A stretch of 64,000 nucleotides of DNA from Gammaproteobacteria bacterium (GTDB lineage Bacteria > Pseudomonadota > Gammaproteobacteria > Steroidobacterales > GCA-2729495): the NCBI GenBank assembly GCA_024229935.1, contig JAAERX010000042.1, positions 4,347 to 68,346 on the forward strand, read 5' to 3'. Shown one piece after another: positions 19,516 to 29,327 of the stretch. How positions within the stretch are numbered: position 1 is the stretch's first letter; each line of letters opens with the position of its first letter. The notes under the pieces were generated by a model, which was given only the letters and a program-made list of their open reading frames with translations, did no database searches and was not told the origin of the DNA. The position numbers and the translations under genes were made by a program.

Positions 19516-21507
19516 ATGAATAAGATAAGATTATTTTCAGCCTTGCTCGCAGCGCTTATATTGAGTGCCTGTGGTGGCGGGGGTGATGGCTGTTCTGGTG
19601 GGTCATTTGCTGGTAATTGTGGTTCTGCAGGTGATTCTTCTGTTGGGTCTATACAGCTGATCGTGAGTTCACCTATTTTATTGTCTGATCAGAATGGGGA
19701 CAACTTTGTTACTCTTACAGCTTATGTTCGAGACGATACTAATAATGTAATGTCCGGTAAAACAGTTGCTTTCTCTTCTGAGCAGATCATATCTATTATT
19801 CCTCTCGAAAGTGGCATAACAAATGAGGCGGGTATTGCGCAGGCTGTTGTGGCCTCAGTAGGTGATTTATCTAATAGGGTCATTACAGTAAATGCACAGG
19901 TTGGTGATGTATCCAGCTCTATTAATATAACTATTCAGGGCACACAGTTACTTTTAACCGGGCCAAGCGGGTTGCCACTAGGTGAAAGTGGCACCTATAG
20001 CTTGTTATTGCTAGATGGTGCAGGTGAAGGCATACCTAATACCTTAATTTCACTGACATCAGCAAATAGTAATACGATCGCTGATGTTAATTCTTTGTTA
20101 CCCATATCTTCAGTTGTCTCTGGTGCTAATGGAGATGGAAGCTTTGTTGTGGTGGCAGACAATACACCTGCAGCTGTAGATTCAATAACAGCTGATGCCC
20201 TTGGAGAAACAGCCAGCTTATCTGTAACGGTGACTGATAATAAATTTACCTTTGTTTCCCCTGCAGCTAATACAGAGGTTGGCCTTGAACCGGACAGTCA
20301 GGTGCTTACGGTTGAGTGGTCTGAAAATGGTGTGGCTGTAGAGGACACCTCCGTTATCGAATTTGTTACTAACCGTGGTGAGCTAAATGGTTTAGCAGAG
20401 CCGGTACAGGCAAATACAGTTGATGGTTTCGCCAGTGTGACTATTGATGCGATATCGGCAGGTGCAACTACCATCATAGCAACTGCTCTGGAACGAAATG
20501 GTGTGTCTTTGCCGGATGGGCCCAGTACAAATCTGGCTATTGAATTTGTAGCTGATACTGCAACTGTACTTAATGTTTCAGTGTTTCCAACAACAATTGG
20601 CGTTGGAGAGCAGACGCCGATCACGGCTAAGCTTTATGATGCTAACAGTAACCCTGTTAAAAATCAGACTGTTACCTTTACTATTGCACAAGACCCTAGT
20701 AACGGTATACCGCCAACCCCTTCTGTACAAACTGATAGCCAAGGCGTAGCGCGGGCTTTTTTTACTGCGGGTAGCACAACAACAGAAACCAATGGCGTCG
20801 TTATTGATGTAAGTGCACCAGACTTTTCTTTGAGTGGTTCAGCCCAAATAACAGTAGCCCAGCAGGCACGTAATTTTGCAATTGGTACCGGTAACACAAT
20901 CTATGAAATTACCGATACTCGTTACGGTATGCCCTGGAATATTACACTTACTGATGTGGGTGGAGTTCCGGTAGTAAATGAACAATTGCAACTTGAGCTT
21001 CGTTCACTTCGGTATGGCAAGGGTTTCTGGCAAGTTATAATTGACCCGACATTTGGTGAAATCTGGGCACGTGGAACGCCCTATTATGTATGTGATGATG
21101 AAGACACTATTATTGAGAATAATAGCCTTGATGTGGGTGAGGACTTTAATAGTAGTGGGGCTCTTGAGGCGGGTAATGTGGCAGCAATTGTGCCTCTGCC
21201 TTGTGAGAATGTTGAAGAAGCGGATATTACTGACACCCAGTCACAGGTGCTATGGACAGATGGCGCGGGCTCAGCTGAGGTATGTGTTGTTTATGCTCAG
21301 GAATATGGTACCTGGACAGAGGTTGAGCTTACAGCTATTGCACCGATTCAGGATGGCACTGAATTTACGAGCTCTCGTGAATTTGCATTACTGTTTAGCG
21401 CAGAAGATGCTGACAATACTGATGTGGCTGTACCAGGTGTCCAGAGCTTAACTGAGCCAGGGGTTGGTAGCCCCTTTGGCCGTAGTGATTGTGCTACATG
21501 GCCCTGA
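19516..21507 (+). CDS. Lipoprotein with about four tandem bacterial Ig-like (Big_1/invasin-type) repeats and a Cys-containing C-terminal domain
   Basis: A signal peptide with lipobox ALILSAC is followed by a Gly/Cys-rich linker. Four repeats of about 100 aa then follow the pattern (V/I)TLTA...D..NN/GNP..G..V.F....G.......T...G.A. AAGGA lies 8 nt upstream of the ATG. There is a 66-bp gap after pilQ with no convincing terminator, and a strong terminator follows the gene. Confidence 0.7.
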   Translation: MNKIRLFSALLAALILSACGGGGDGCSGGSFAGNCGSAGDSSVGSIQLIVSSPILLSDQNGDNFVTLTAYVRDDTNNVMSGKTVAFSSEQIISIIPLESGITNEAGIAQAVVASVGDLSNRVITVNAQVGDVSSSINITIQGTQLLLTGPSGLPLGESGTYSLLLLDGAGEGIPNTLISLTSANSNTIADVNSLLPISSVVSGANGDGSFVVVADNTPAAVDSITADALGETASLSVTVTDNKFTFVSPAANTEVGLEPDSQVLTVEWSENGVAVEDTSVIEFVTNRGELNGLAEPVQANTVDGFASVTIDAISAGATTIIATALERNGVSLPDGPSTNLAIEFVADTATVLNVSVFPTTIGVGEQTPITAKLYDANSNPVKNQTVTFTIAQDPSNGIPPTPSVQTDSQGVARAFFTAGSTTTETNGVVIDVSAPDFSLSGSAQITVAQQARNFAIGTGNTIYEITDTRYGMPWNITLTDVGGVPVVNEQLQLELRSLRYGKGFWQVIIDPTFGEIWARGTPYYVCDDEDTIIENNSLDVGEDFNSSGALEAGNVAAIVPLPCENVEEADITDTQSQVLWTDGAGSAEVCVVYAQEYGTWTEVELTAIAPIQDGTEFTSSREFALLFSAEDADNTDVAVPGVQSLTEPGVGSPFGRSDCATWP

Positions 21508-21535
21508 TACGGATGTGTAGTTATTATTGTTCGTG

Positions 21536-21567
21536 AAAAATGCCACCTTCGGGTGGCATTTTTCTTT
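21536..21567 (+). terminator. Rho-independent terminator closing the pil operon
   Basis: The sequence is AAAAA-TGCCACC-TTCG-GGTGGCA-TTTTTCTTT: a perfect 7-bp GC-rich stem, a TTCG tetraloop and a U-tract, 29 bp after the lipoprotein stop. Confidence 0.85.
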
Positions 21568-21717
21568 GTGTATTTGAGTTGTAGTCTGGTCTGTATGTCT
21601 TGCTGACATACTGGCTATACAGATCAGCCGTATATACAAAATATCTATATTTGTATTGGTTAGATGGTGCGTTATGCTTCCTGCTGGCCAGAAAAGGGCT
21701 TTTTAGGAAACTGAACT

Positions 21718-22248
21718 GTGAATGTACATACCAATATCTTTCTCATAGGCCCTATGGGTTCAGGCAAGTCCGCCGTAGGCAGGCAGCTGGCACGTGAGTT
21801 GGGCATGGACTTTCATGACAGTGATGAAATTATAGAAGAACGAACAGGCGTTGATATCTCGTATATCTTTGAAAAAGAAGGTGAATCGGGTTTTCGTAAG
21901 CGGGAAGCGGCTATCCTCGCTGAGATGGTTAGGGAAGAGGGCGTGGTACTGGCCACAGGTGGAGGTACTGTAGAGAATACTGAAACCCGTTATTTACTAC
22001 AGAAACACGGGACGGTGGTATATCTGTACACTAGCGTTCCAGAACAGCAGCGGCGGACACGCAAGTCCCGTAATCGACCCTTACTTAATGATGGCAACCC
22101 AGGCAAAGTTCTGGAAAAGCTGATGGCAACCCGGGATCCGCAATACCGTGAGATTGCTGATATTACTATAGAGACTGATGGTCGACAGGTAACGGCGGTT
22201 ACCCGTGAATTGAAAAATGCCTTGAACTCCGATGCTGATCAGAATTAG
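21718..22248 (+). CDS. aroK: Shikimate kinase
   Basis: It has IFLIGPMGSGKSAVGRQLA, a GGG motif (ATGGGTV) and a GTG start, and precedes aroB. Confidence 0.92.
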   Translation: MNVHTNIFLIGPMGSGKSAVGRQLARELGMDFHDSDEIIEERTGVDISYIFEKEGESGFRKREAAILAEMVREEGVVLATGGGTVENTETRYLLQKHGTVVYLYTSVPEQQRRTRKSRNRPLLNDGNPGKVLEKLMATRDPQYREIADITIETDGRQVTAVTRELKNALNSDADQN

Positions 22249-22278
22249 CAGCTGTAACCGGATGATGTGTGAACAAAC

Positions 22279-23358
22279 ATGATTAATTTAAATGTAGCGC
22301 TCGGGCAGCGTAGCTACCCAATATTAATAGGCAGTGGCTTACTGCACCGTCAGGGTGTGCTTGATACCTTTATTAATGGCCGGGATGTGCTTATCGTGAC
22401 CAATGATCACTTGGCAATGCTCTATCTGGAGCCATTGCAAAAGCTGATTACCGGTAGTCGTATTGAAAAAATCATATTGCCTGATGGTGAGGCAAGCAAA
22501 ACACCTGACACACTGATGACTATTTTCGATGCATTGGTAGAGTATCGTTATGCACGAGACTGTGTCTTGCTTGCACTAGGTGGTGGAGTGGTTGGTGATA
22601 TTTGTGGTTTTGCTGCGGCAAGCTGGCAACGTGGCGTTGATTTTATACAAGTACCCACTACATTACTGGCTCAGGTTGACTCATCTGTAGGTGGTAAAAC
22701 AGCAGTAAACCATCCTGGCGGTAAGAATTTAATTGGTGCCTTTCATCAGCCTCTGTGTGTATTGAGTGATACAGATACCTTGTATACCCTGCCTGACCGG
22801 GAATTAAGTGCTGGCCTTGCTGAAGTTGTGAAGTATGGTTTGTTGGGGGATGCGGAGCTGTTTGAGTGGCTTGAACGTGAACATGCAGGCCTGCTGAAAC
22901 GTGATGCTGAACGATTGCAGCATATTGTGCGTCGTTCATGTGAAATCAAGGCGCAGGTGGTTGCTGCAGATGAGCAAGAACGCGGGCAACGTGCACTGCT
23001 TAATTTAGGGCATACCTTTGGGCACGCAATTGAACGCTGTGCTGGCTATGGTGAATGGCTGCATGGTGAAGCTATTGCTGCAGGTATGTGTATGGCTGCA
23101 GCTTTTTCAGCACGTATAGGCTGGCTTGATGCTGCTGATGTGGAGCGGATAAAGGTGTTGTTTATACGGTTAAACCTGCCGGTTGAACCGCCTCAGATTG
23201 ATCCAGGTAAATTTCTGGCGGCTATGTCACTGGATAAGAAAGTGATGGCTGGGGAAATTCGTCTGGTCCTGCTTAGATCTATAGGGGATGCTGCAGTAAC
23301 AGCAGACTATCCTTCACACGAGCTGGTTGACTTGTTAAGTGAACAATTTATTCACTAG
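22279..23358 (+). CDS. aroB: 3-dehydroquinate synthase
   Basis: Motifs LALGGGVVGDICGFAAA, VPTTLLAQVDSSVGGKTAVN, LNLGHTFGHAIE and HGEAIAAGM are present. Confidence 0.95.
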   Translation: MINLNVALGQRSYPILIGSGLLHRQGVLDTFINGRDVLIVTNDHLAMLYLEPLQKLITGSRIEKIILPDGEASKTPDTLMTIFDALVEYRYARDCVLLALGGGVVGDICGFAAASWQRGVDFIQVPTTLLAQVDSSVGGKTAVNHPGGKNLIGAFHQPLCVLSDTDTLYTLPDRELSAGLAEVVKYGLLGDAELFEWLEREHAGLLKRDAERLQHIVRRSCEIKAQVVAADEQERGQRALLNLGHTFGHAIERCAGYGEWLHGEAIAAGMCMAAAFSARIGWLDAADVERIKVLFIRLNLPVEPPQIDPGKFLAAMSLDKKVMAGEIRLVLLRSIGDAAVTADYPSHELVDLLSEQFIH

Positions 23359-23361
23359 CGG

Positions 23362-24537
23362 ATGCGTATAATCCCTCCTAATCCGGATGCCGGGCTTGCA
23401 AGTTATGCGGCTCTTGAAAGCACAAGTCATGGCCGCATATATTCTGAGGCCTCGCATCCTTATCGGGGTGCATTCCAGCGTGATCGTGATCGTATTGTTC
23501 ATTCAACAGCATTTCGACGCCTGGTATACAAGACACAGGTGTTTGTTAATCATGAGGGCGATCTTTATCGAACCCGTTTAACCCACTCACTTGAAGTTGT
23601 GCAGATCGCTCGAACAATTGCGCGTGCGCTTGCGCTGAATGAGCAGCTGGTAGAGGCAATTTGCCTTGCTCATGATCTTGGCCATACGCCTTTTGGACAT
23701 GCAGGTCAGGATAGTCTTAATGCCTGCATGCGAGACTATGGTGGCTTTGAGCACAATCTACAGTCTTTGCGGGTTGTTGATGTGCTGGAAGATAAGTATG
23801 CAGAGTTTCCCGGCCTCAATCTTTGTTATGAAACCCGTGAAGGTATTCTTAAACATTGTTCAAGGCGTAATGCACGAGAACAGGGTGATGTAGGTGATCG
23901 TTTTCTAGAGGGGAAGCAGCCATCACTGGAAGCCCAGCTGGCAAATCTTGCAGATGAAATTGCCTATAACAACCATGATGTTGATGATGGCCTTCGTTCA
24001 GGTCTTATCACCGTTGATGATTTGTGCTCAGTAGCATTATTTCATGAGCAGCATGAGGCAGTATGCAGAAAATTCTCTGATATTAGTGAGCGTGCTCTCA
24101 TACATGAGACTGTACGCGGCATGATTAACCGGATTGTTACTGATTTAATAGATACCAGCCGAGATGAGATTAATCTGGCCAAGCCAACAGATGTTGAAGA
24201 CATTCGTAGCCGGCCACGACCATTAATTGGGTTCAGTCCTGAAGTATATAAAGAGCATCGGGTGCTGAAAAAGTTTCTGCAAACCAGCCTGTATCGACAT
24301 GAGCGGGTAGAGCAAATGACAGTTCGGGCCAATACTATTGTGACCGGATTATTTGAGCTGTTCTTCTCCAGCCCTGAAAAGATGCCCGCAGAGCACGTGG
24401 CACGGGCTGTGATTTTGGAAAGAGAACTGGGTGATGCCGGTCGTGCCAGGGTAGTTGCTGATTATGTGGCTGGAATGACTGATCGATATGCATTGTCAGC
24501 TTATCGACGTCTACTTGATGCAGATATAAAATTTTGA
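23362..24537 (+). CDS. dGTPase-like HD-domain deoxyguanosinetriphosphate triphosphohydrolase family protein
   Basis: Motifs FQRDRDRIVHSTAFRRL, RLTHSLEV, HDLGHTPFGH and DYVAGMTDRYA are present. Confidence 0.88.
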   Translation: MRIIPPNPDAGLASYAALESTSHGRIYSEASHPYRGAFQRDRDRIVHSTAFRRLVYKTQVFVNHEGDLYRTRLTHSLEVVQIARTIARALALNEQLVEAICLAHDLGHTPFGHAGQDSLNACMRDYGGFEHNLQSLRVVDVLEDKYAEFPGLNLCYETREGILKHCSRRNAREQGDVGDRFLEGKQPSLEAQLANLADEIAYNNHDVDDGLRSGLITVDDLCSVALFHEQHEAVCRKFSDISERALIHETVRGMINRIVTDLIDTSRDEINLAKPTDVEDIRSRPRPLIGFSPEVYKEHRVLKKFLQTSLYRHERVEQMTVRANTIVTGLFELFFSSPEKMPAEHVARAVILERELGDAGRARVVADYVAGMTDRYALSAYRRLLDADIKF

Positions 24538-24635
24538 GCTGCCAGTTGTTTTCGTCAGTGGTTATATAGTGATGTTAGAATTTTGCCGCATTAGAAAAAT
24601 TTGCCTTAATTAATTACCCAATCCTTTGAGAAGTC

Positions 24636-25367
24636 ATGAGCGAATCAAACATACGTTATTCATCAGAAATTCCTAATTCCGACCGTTTGATATTTGCACT
24701 GGATGTGCCAAATACAGATACCGCACGTCAGTTGGTTACAGAACTGGGAGATGCGGTTACTTTTTATAAGCTGGGCCTTGAGCTTTGTATGTCTGGCGGC
24801 TATTTTGAGTTGCTGGACTGGATGGTGCAGCAGGACAAAAGAATTTTTGTAGACCTGAAATTTTTTGATGTGCCGGCTACAGTTGCCTCAGCTGTGCGCA
24901 ATCTGCGTGACCGGGGCGTCACCTACGCCACTATTCATGGCAATCAGAGCATTATGGAAGCAGCAGGTGAAGCCAAGGGTGATGTGAAGATACTTGCTGT
25001 TACGGCGTTAACAAGCTTGGATCGTGGCGACCTGGATGACCTTGGCTTTCAATGCGATATTGATAAGCTGGTGTTGTCACGTGCACGCCGTTCACTTGAG
25101 GCGGGCTGTGACGGCGTGATTGCCTCCGGGTTGGAAGTAGATGCCCTGCGTCAGGCTGTGGATGACAGGCTGTTGGTAATAACACCTGGTATACGTCCGG
25201 TAGAAAATCGTCCTGATGATGACCAGAAGCGTGTAGTTACTGTAGAAGATGCATTCCGTAAAGGTGCTGATCATATAGTTGTCGGGCGGCCTATTAAAAA
25301 TGCAGAGGATCCACGTACTGCTGCTCTTGCCATTCAGGAAACGATCAGCAGCGTCTTTGGGGCTTAG
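24636..25367 (+). CDS. pyrF: Orotidine-5'-phosphate decarboxylase
   Basis: Motifs LIFALDV, FYKLGLEL, FVDLKFFDVPATV, ITPGIRP and IVVGRPI are present. Its stop overlaps the tesA stop (TTAG, convergent). Confidence 0.92.
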   Translation: MSESNIRYSSEIPNSDRLIFALDVPNTDTARQLVTELGDAVTFYKLGLELCMSGGYFELLDWMVQQDKRIFVDLKFFDVPATVASAVRNLRDRGVTYATIHGNQSIMEAAGEAKGDVKILAVTALTSLDRGDLDDLGFQCDIDKLVLSRARRSLEAGCDGVIASGLEVDALRQAVDDRLLVITPGIRPVENRPDDDQKRVVTVEDAFRKGADHIVVGRPIKNAEDPRTAALAIQETISSVFGA

Positions 25368-26008
25368 TTATTGCCTGCGCTTTTAATTACGGGCTGTAGC
25401 TCATTCCAGACATTTTCCATGAGTATGGGTTGTGCCAGCTTATTAGGATGAATGCCATCTGCCATCATCATATGGGTATCCAGTGCGACACCCTCCATAA
25501 AGAAAGGAATTAATGTCAGCTTGTATTGAGTTGCCAGATCAGCATAGACAGCAGCAAACTGGCGGGTGTAATCCTCACCATAGTTGGGAGGTATCAGTAT
25601 TCCGGCAAGTACGATGTGTGCGCCAGTGGCCTGTATCTGCACAATCATTTGCTCGAGGTTGGACTTCATAAGGTCTACAGATATACCTCGTAAGCCGTCA
25701 TTGCCACCCAGTTCTATAAGCACTATCTCAGGTTGATGTATATCAAGAGCGCGCGGTAAGCGCCGTAATCCATTGCCTGTAGTGTCGCCACTGATGCTAG
25801 CATTGACTACTTTATAGCCGTAACCTTCCTGATCCAGCCGGGCCTGCATAAGGGCGGGCCAGGTGTCTTTAAGGTCAAGGCCTAAGCCGGCACTGAGGCT
25901 ATCACCCAGTACCAGTATGCTCGGGCGTGAGTTGTCTGCCATTATGGGTGCAGACAGCAGCATGTTCGCCAGTAACAGCCACACTATATGAAGAAAACGT
26001 AATCGCAT
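25364..26008 (-). CDS. tesA: Secreted GDSL/SGNH arylesterase-thioesterase (TesA-like)
   Basis: The signal peptide MRLRFLHIVWLLLANMLLSAPIMA is followed by ILVLGDSLSAG, LGGNDG and DGIHPN (SGNH blocks I, II/III, V). The ORF track's 276-aa version adds 62 residues that are antisense to ybbA. The ATG at 26008 is preferred. Confidence 0.85.
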   Translation of the reverse strand: MRLRFLHIVWLLLANMLLSAPIMADNSRPSILVLGDSLSAGLGLDLKDTWPALMQARLDQEGYGYKVVNASISGDTTGNGLRRLPRALDIHQPEIVLIELGGNDGLRGISVDLMKSNLEQMIVQIQATGAHIVLAGILIPPNYGEDYTRQFAAVYADLATQYKLTLIPFFMEGVALDTHMMMADGIHPNKLAQPILMENVWNELQPVIKSAGNN

Positions 26009-26681
26009 GTCTAAAGAAACAGTTCTTTCTACCAAAGGTTTAGGTAAGCAGGTTAGCAGCCCGGAGGGTACGCTGACCATACTTACAGAAATAACACTTG
26101 AAATATGTTCGGGTGAAACGGTTGCGCTCGTTGGTCCATCCGGTGCCGGTAAGACAACTTTACTGGCGTTGCTGGCAGGGTTGGATAATCCCACAAGTGG
26201 TGTCGTTCATCTGTGTGGTGAAAATCTGGGCTCTCTGGATGAGGATGGCCGAGCGCTGGTGCGCGGCCGGAATGTAGGTTTTGTCTTCCAGTCATTTCAC
26301 CTGGTGCCATCATTAACCGCGCTCGAGAATGTCATGCTGCCGCTGGAATTGGCGAGTCAATCTGAGGCCGGTGAGCGGGCTAAAAAAGCACTTGAGAGCG
26401 TGGGCCTGGGTTCACGTACCAGTCATTATCCCCGCCAGTTATCAGGTGGTGAAAAGCAGCGCGTTGCCATTGCCCGTGCCTTTGTTACGAATCCTGCTGT
26501 GTTGTTTGCTGATGAACCTACCGGCAATCTGGATACAGCAAGTGGTGAACGTATAACGGAATTGTTATTTGATATGAATAAGCAGTCCGGCACTACTCTA
26601 GTGCTGGTCACGCATGATAAAAATCTTGCTGCTCGTTGTGATCGTACTATAGAGCTGGAGGCTGGCAAGCTGCTGGCCTGA
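26007..26681 (+). CDS. ybbA: ABC transporter ATP-binding protein (YbbA/LolD-like)
   Basis: It has Walker A GPSGAGKTT, signature LSGGEKQRVAIARA and Walker B LFADEPTGNLD. It is divergent from tesA and followed by a ybbP-like permease, as in E. coli. Confidence 0.9.
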   Translation: MSKETVLSTKGLGKQVSSPEGTLTILTEITLEICSGETVALVGPSGAGKTTLLALLAGLDNPTSGVVHLCGENLGSLDEDGRALVRGRNVGFVFQSFHLVPSLTALENVMLPLELASQSEAGERAKKALESVGLGSRTSHYPRQLSGGEKQRVAIARAFVTNPAVLFADEPTGNLDTASGERITELLFDMNKQSGTTLVLVTHDKNLAARCDRTIELEAGKLLA

Positions 26682-26690
26682 GGTGAGTTC

Positions 26691-29195
26691 ATGATGACTA
26701 GCCTTAGATTTGCCCTGCGCAGCCTTTCACGAGACCTGAAGGCGGGTGAGTTAACTGTGCTGGTAGTTGCCATTGTGCTGGCAGTCACGTCTATGACAGC
26801 GATAGGTTTTTTTACTGATCGTGTGGCACGGGCAGTGCAGGCACAGGCAGCAGAAACGCTTGCGGCTGATCTGGTGATACGTTCACCTGCTGCTATAGCA
26901 GAACAAAATATTACGGCAGGTATGGCAGCAGGCCTGCGTACAGCCAGCGTACTTGATTTTCCTACGGTTGCTATTGCAGGTGATACGGGCAAAGAGGGCC
27001 GCAGTCTGGCGTTGGTAACAGCTGTAAGTTCGGGTTATCCCCTGCGTGGCAAGGTGCTAATCTCAGATGAGATCTTTGCAACAAGTTATGCATCTGAAGA
27101 TACCCCTGAACCCGGTACGGCATGGGCAGAGCCAGGGCTTATGGCCAGACTGGATGCAGACATAGGCTCTGTAGTGCAGCTGGGTTCTGCTGAATTCCGG
27201 TTGACCCGGGTGCTGGAGTTTCGTCCTGACCAGAGTTTTGGTTTTATGAGCCTTGCACCAACAATACTGGTACATATTGATGATGTGCCTGCAATGGATG
27301 TTATTAAGCCGGGTAGTCGTGTTACCTACAGGCAATTATTTGCAGGTACTACAGAGGCGATTGCTGATTTTCAGAGGGTTCTTCAGCAGGAACTTGGTCA
27401 GGAAGAACAACTACGCACATTTAAGGATGCTGGTGAGCAAATAGTTGCTGCTATAGACAGGGCGAAGCGTTTTCTCACCTTAGCTTCATTGGTAACGGTT
27501 ATTCTTGCGGCGGTTGCAACGGCGATGGCTTCGCGTCGTTATGCCTTGCGCCATCTTGATACAGTTGCCTTATTAAAAAGTATGGGCGCTACCCAGAGTT
27601 TTGTCCTGCGCAGTACCTTGATACAGCTATTACTAATAGTTGCAGGTACAGCCATTGTTGGCACCTTCATGGGGTTTGCGGCACAGGGTGTGCTGGCAGA
27701 GTTGGCAGCACGTTATACACCATTCGCCTTGCCATCTGCTTCATTCAACGCTTCATCTCTTGGGCTTGTTACTGCAACCACCATTGCAATTGGTTTCTCG
27801 TTACCTCACTTGTTGCAGCTTAGAACGACCCCGCCGTTACGTGTGTTGCGGCATGATCTGGCACCACCCCAATTGCGCACCAGCTTAGTGTATGGCGTTG
27901 CATTATTAGCGCTTATTGCAATGATCTGGTCAATTGTCCAGGAGCTTAAGCTGCTGTTATTGATTGTGGGAGGGCTGCTTGGCATGACTGTGGTTATGGT
28001 GCTTGCAGGTTGGCTTCTGGTTCGTGGTTTTACTCGTTTCAGGGGCGGTGGCGGTATTGCCTGGCGGTATGGGCTGGCAAATATTTCCCGGCGTGGTCGA
28101 GAAAGTGTAGTGCAGATTGTGGCCTTTGGGTTGGGTTTAATGGTGTTGTTACTGCTGACAGTGGTACGTAATGATATTTTGCAGGACTGGCAACAATCGT
28201 TACCTGAGGATGCGCCCAATTATTTTCTGCTTAACATAGAACCGCAAGATTGGGATGGTATAGCAAGCCTATTTGCGACTGAGCTTGGTTCAGCCCCCGA
28301 TTTTTTGCCATTAATTCGCGGGCGTATCAGTGCAATTAATGGCACGGCTATAGACGTATATGAATTTCCAAATCGTGAAGGTCAGCGCTATGTAAATCGT
28401 GAAGCTAACCTGACCTGGACGGCAACTTTACCGGAGAGCAACCGGGTCATTGCAGGTGAGTGGTGGCCTGAGGATTATGATGGCCAGCTGCAGGTATCAC
28501 TTGATGAGCGTATGGCCCGTAATCTGGGTATAAGTGTAGGTGATAGCCTTGATTTGATGGTAGGTGGTGAACAAATTACAGCACCTGTAACCAGTTTACG
28601 TCTTATAGAATGGGATTCACTGAGCCCTAATTTTTACCTGGTGTTCTCACCCGGTGAGGTGCGTGAATTACCACAGACTTATCTTAGTAGTTTTTATGTT
28701 GCTGAAGAAGACCGCTCAGTATTAAAGACCTTGTTACAGCGTTACCCAGAACTGACCCTATTTGATCTTGAAGTTACACTTAAACAGGTTCGCGATATTA
28801 TTGATAAGGCGTCTCTGGCTATACAGTATGTATTTATGTTTACGTTACTGGCTGGGGTTGTGGTTCTGCTTGCGGCTGTTCAGATAACCCGAGATGAACG
28901 CCGTTTTGAAAGCGCTATCCTGCATACTCTGGGCGCCAGACGAAGACAAATTTTGCAGGGTATTGCTGCTGAATTCATTGCTCTGGGTGGTTTGGCTGGT
29001 TTTCTAGCGGCGCTTGGTGCCAGTGCCATTGGCTATGCATTAGCAAAATATGTGTTTGATCTTGCCTACACTATAGATCCTGTTTTATGGCTGGCTGGGT
29101 TGTTTAGTGGGGCCCTAATTGTTGGTATTACAGGCACGTTGGCCACACGTAAGGCTGTTAATGAGCCGCCGGTCAGAGTATTGCGCAATGGTTAG
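26691..29195 (+). CDS. ybbP: ABC transporter permease, duplicated FtsX-like domains (YbbP-like)
   Basis: The 834-aa polytopic protein has two FtsX/MacB-type four-TM modules separated by large periplasmic loops, and it follows ybbA. Confidence 0.85.
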   Translation: MMTSLRFALRSLSRDLKAGELTVLVVAIVLAVTSMTAIGFFTDRVARAVQAQAAETLAADLVIRSPAAIAEQNITAGMAAGLRTASVLDFPTVAIAGDTGKEGRSLALVTAVSSGYPLRGKVLISDEIFATSYASEDTPEPGTAWAEPGLMARLDADIGSVVQLGSAEFRLTRVLEFRPDQSFGFMSLAPTILVHIDDVPAMDVIKPGSRVTYRQLFAGTTEAIADFQRVLQQELGQEEQLRTFKDAGEQIVAAIDRAKRFLTLASLVTVILAAVATAMASRRYALRHLDTVALLKSMGATQSFVLRSTLIQLLLIVAGTAIVGTFMGFAAQGVLAELAARYTPFALPSASFNASSLGLVTATTIAIGFSLPHLLQLRTTPPLRVLRHDLAPPQLRTSLVYGVALLALIAMIWSIVQELKLLLLIVGGLLGMTVVMVLAGWLLVRGFTRFRGGGGIAWRYGLANISRRGRESVVQIVAFGLGLMVLLLLTVVRNDILQDWQQSLPEDAPNYFLLNIEPQDWDGIASLFATELGSAPDFLPLIRGRISAINGTAIDVYEFPNREGQRYVNREANLTWTATLPESNRVIAGEWWPEDYDGQLQVSLDERMARNLGISVGDSLDLMVGGEQITAPVTSLRLIEWDSLSPNFYLVFSPGEVRELPQTYLSSFYVAEEDRSVLKTLLQRYPELTLFDLEVTLKQVRDIIDKASLAIQYVFMFTLLAGVVVLLAAVQITRDERRFESAILHTLGARRRQILQGIAAEFIALGGLAGFLAALGASAIGYALAKYVFDLAYTIDPVLWLAGLFSGALIVGITGTLATRKAVNEPPVRVLRNG

Positions 29196-29327
29196 CGGGT
29201 TGGGGCAAATCCGCGTCAGTAACTGAGCTGGTTCGTATTGAGCATTTCTCAGGTGTTTGGTAATGCGCAGGGAAAATGGCAACACAATGATCCTAACAAG
29301 GCAGGGTAGTAGATTATTGTGGCTGAC

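Noticed and set aside
25364-26194. The 276-aa version of the minus-strand ORF (track coordinates).
   Set aside because: The first 62 residues have no signal peptide or esterase similarity and are simply antisense to the ybbA 5' coding region. The GDSL esterase with its signal peptide begins at Met63 (ATG at 26008).
26426-26992. A 188-aa minus-strand ORF spanning the ybbA/ybbP junction.
   Set aside because: It is antisense to two well-supported ABC transporter genes, is Arg/Ser/Ala-rich with no recognisable motifs, and is typical of a shadow ORF.
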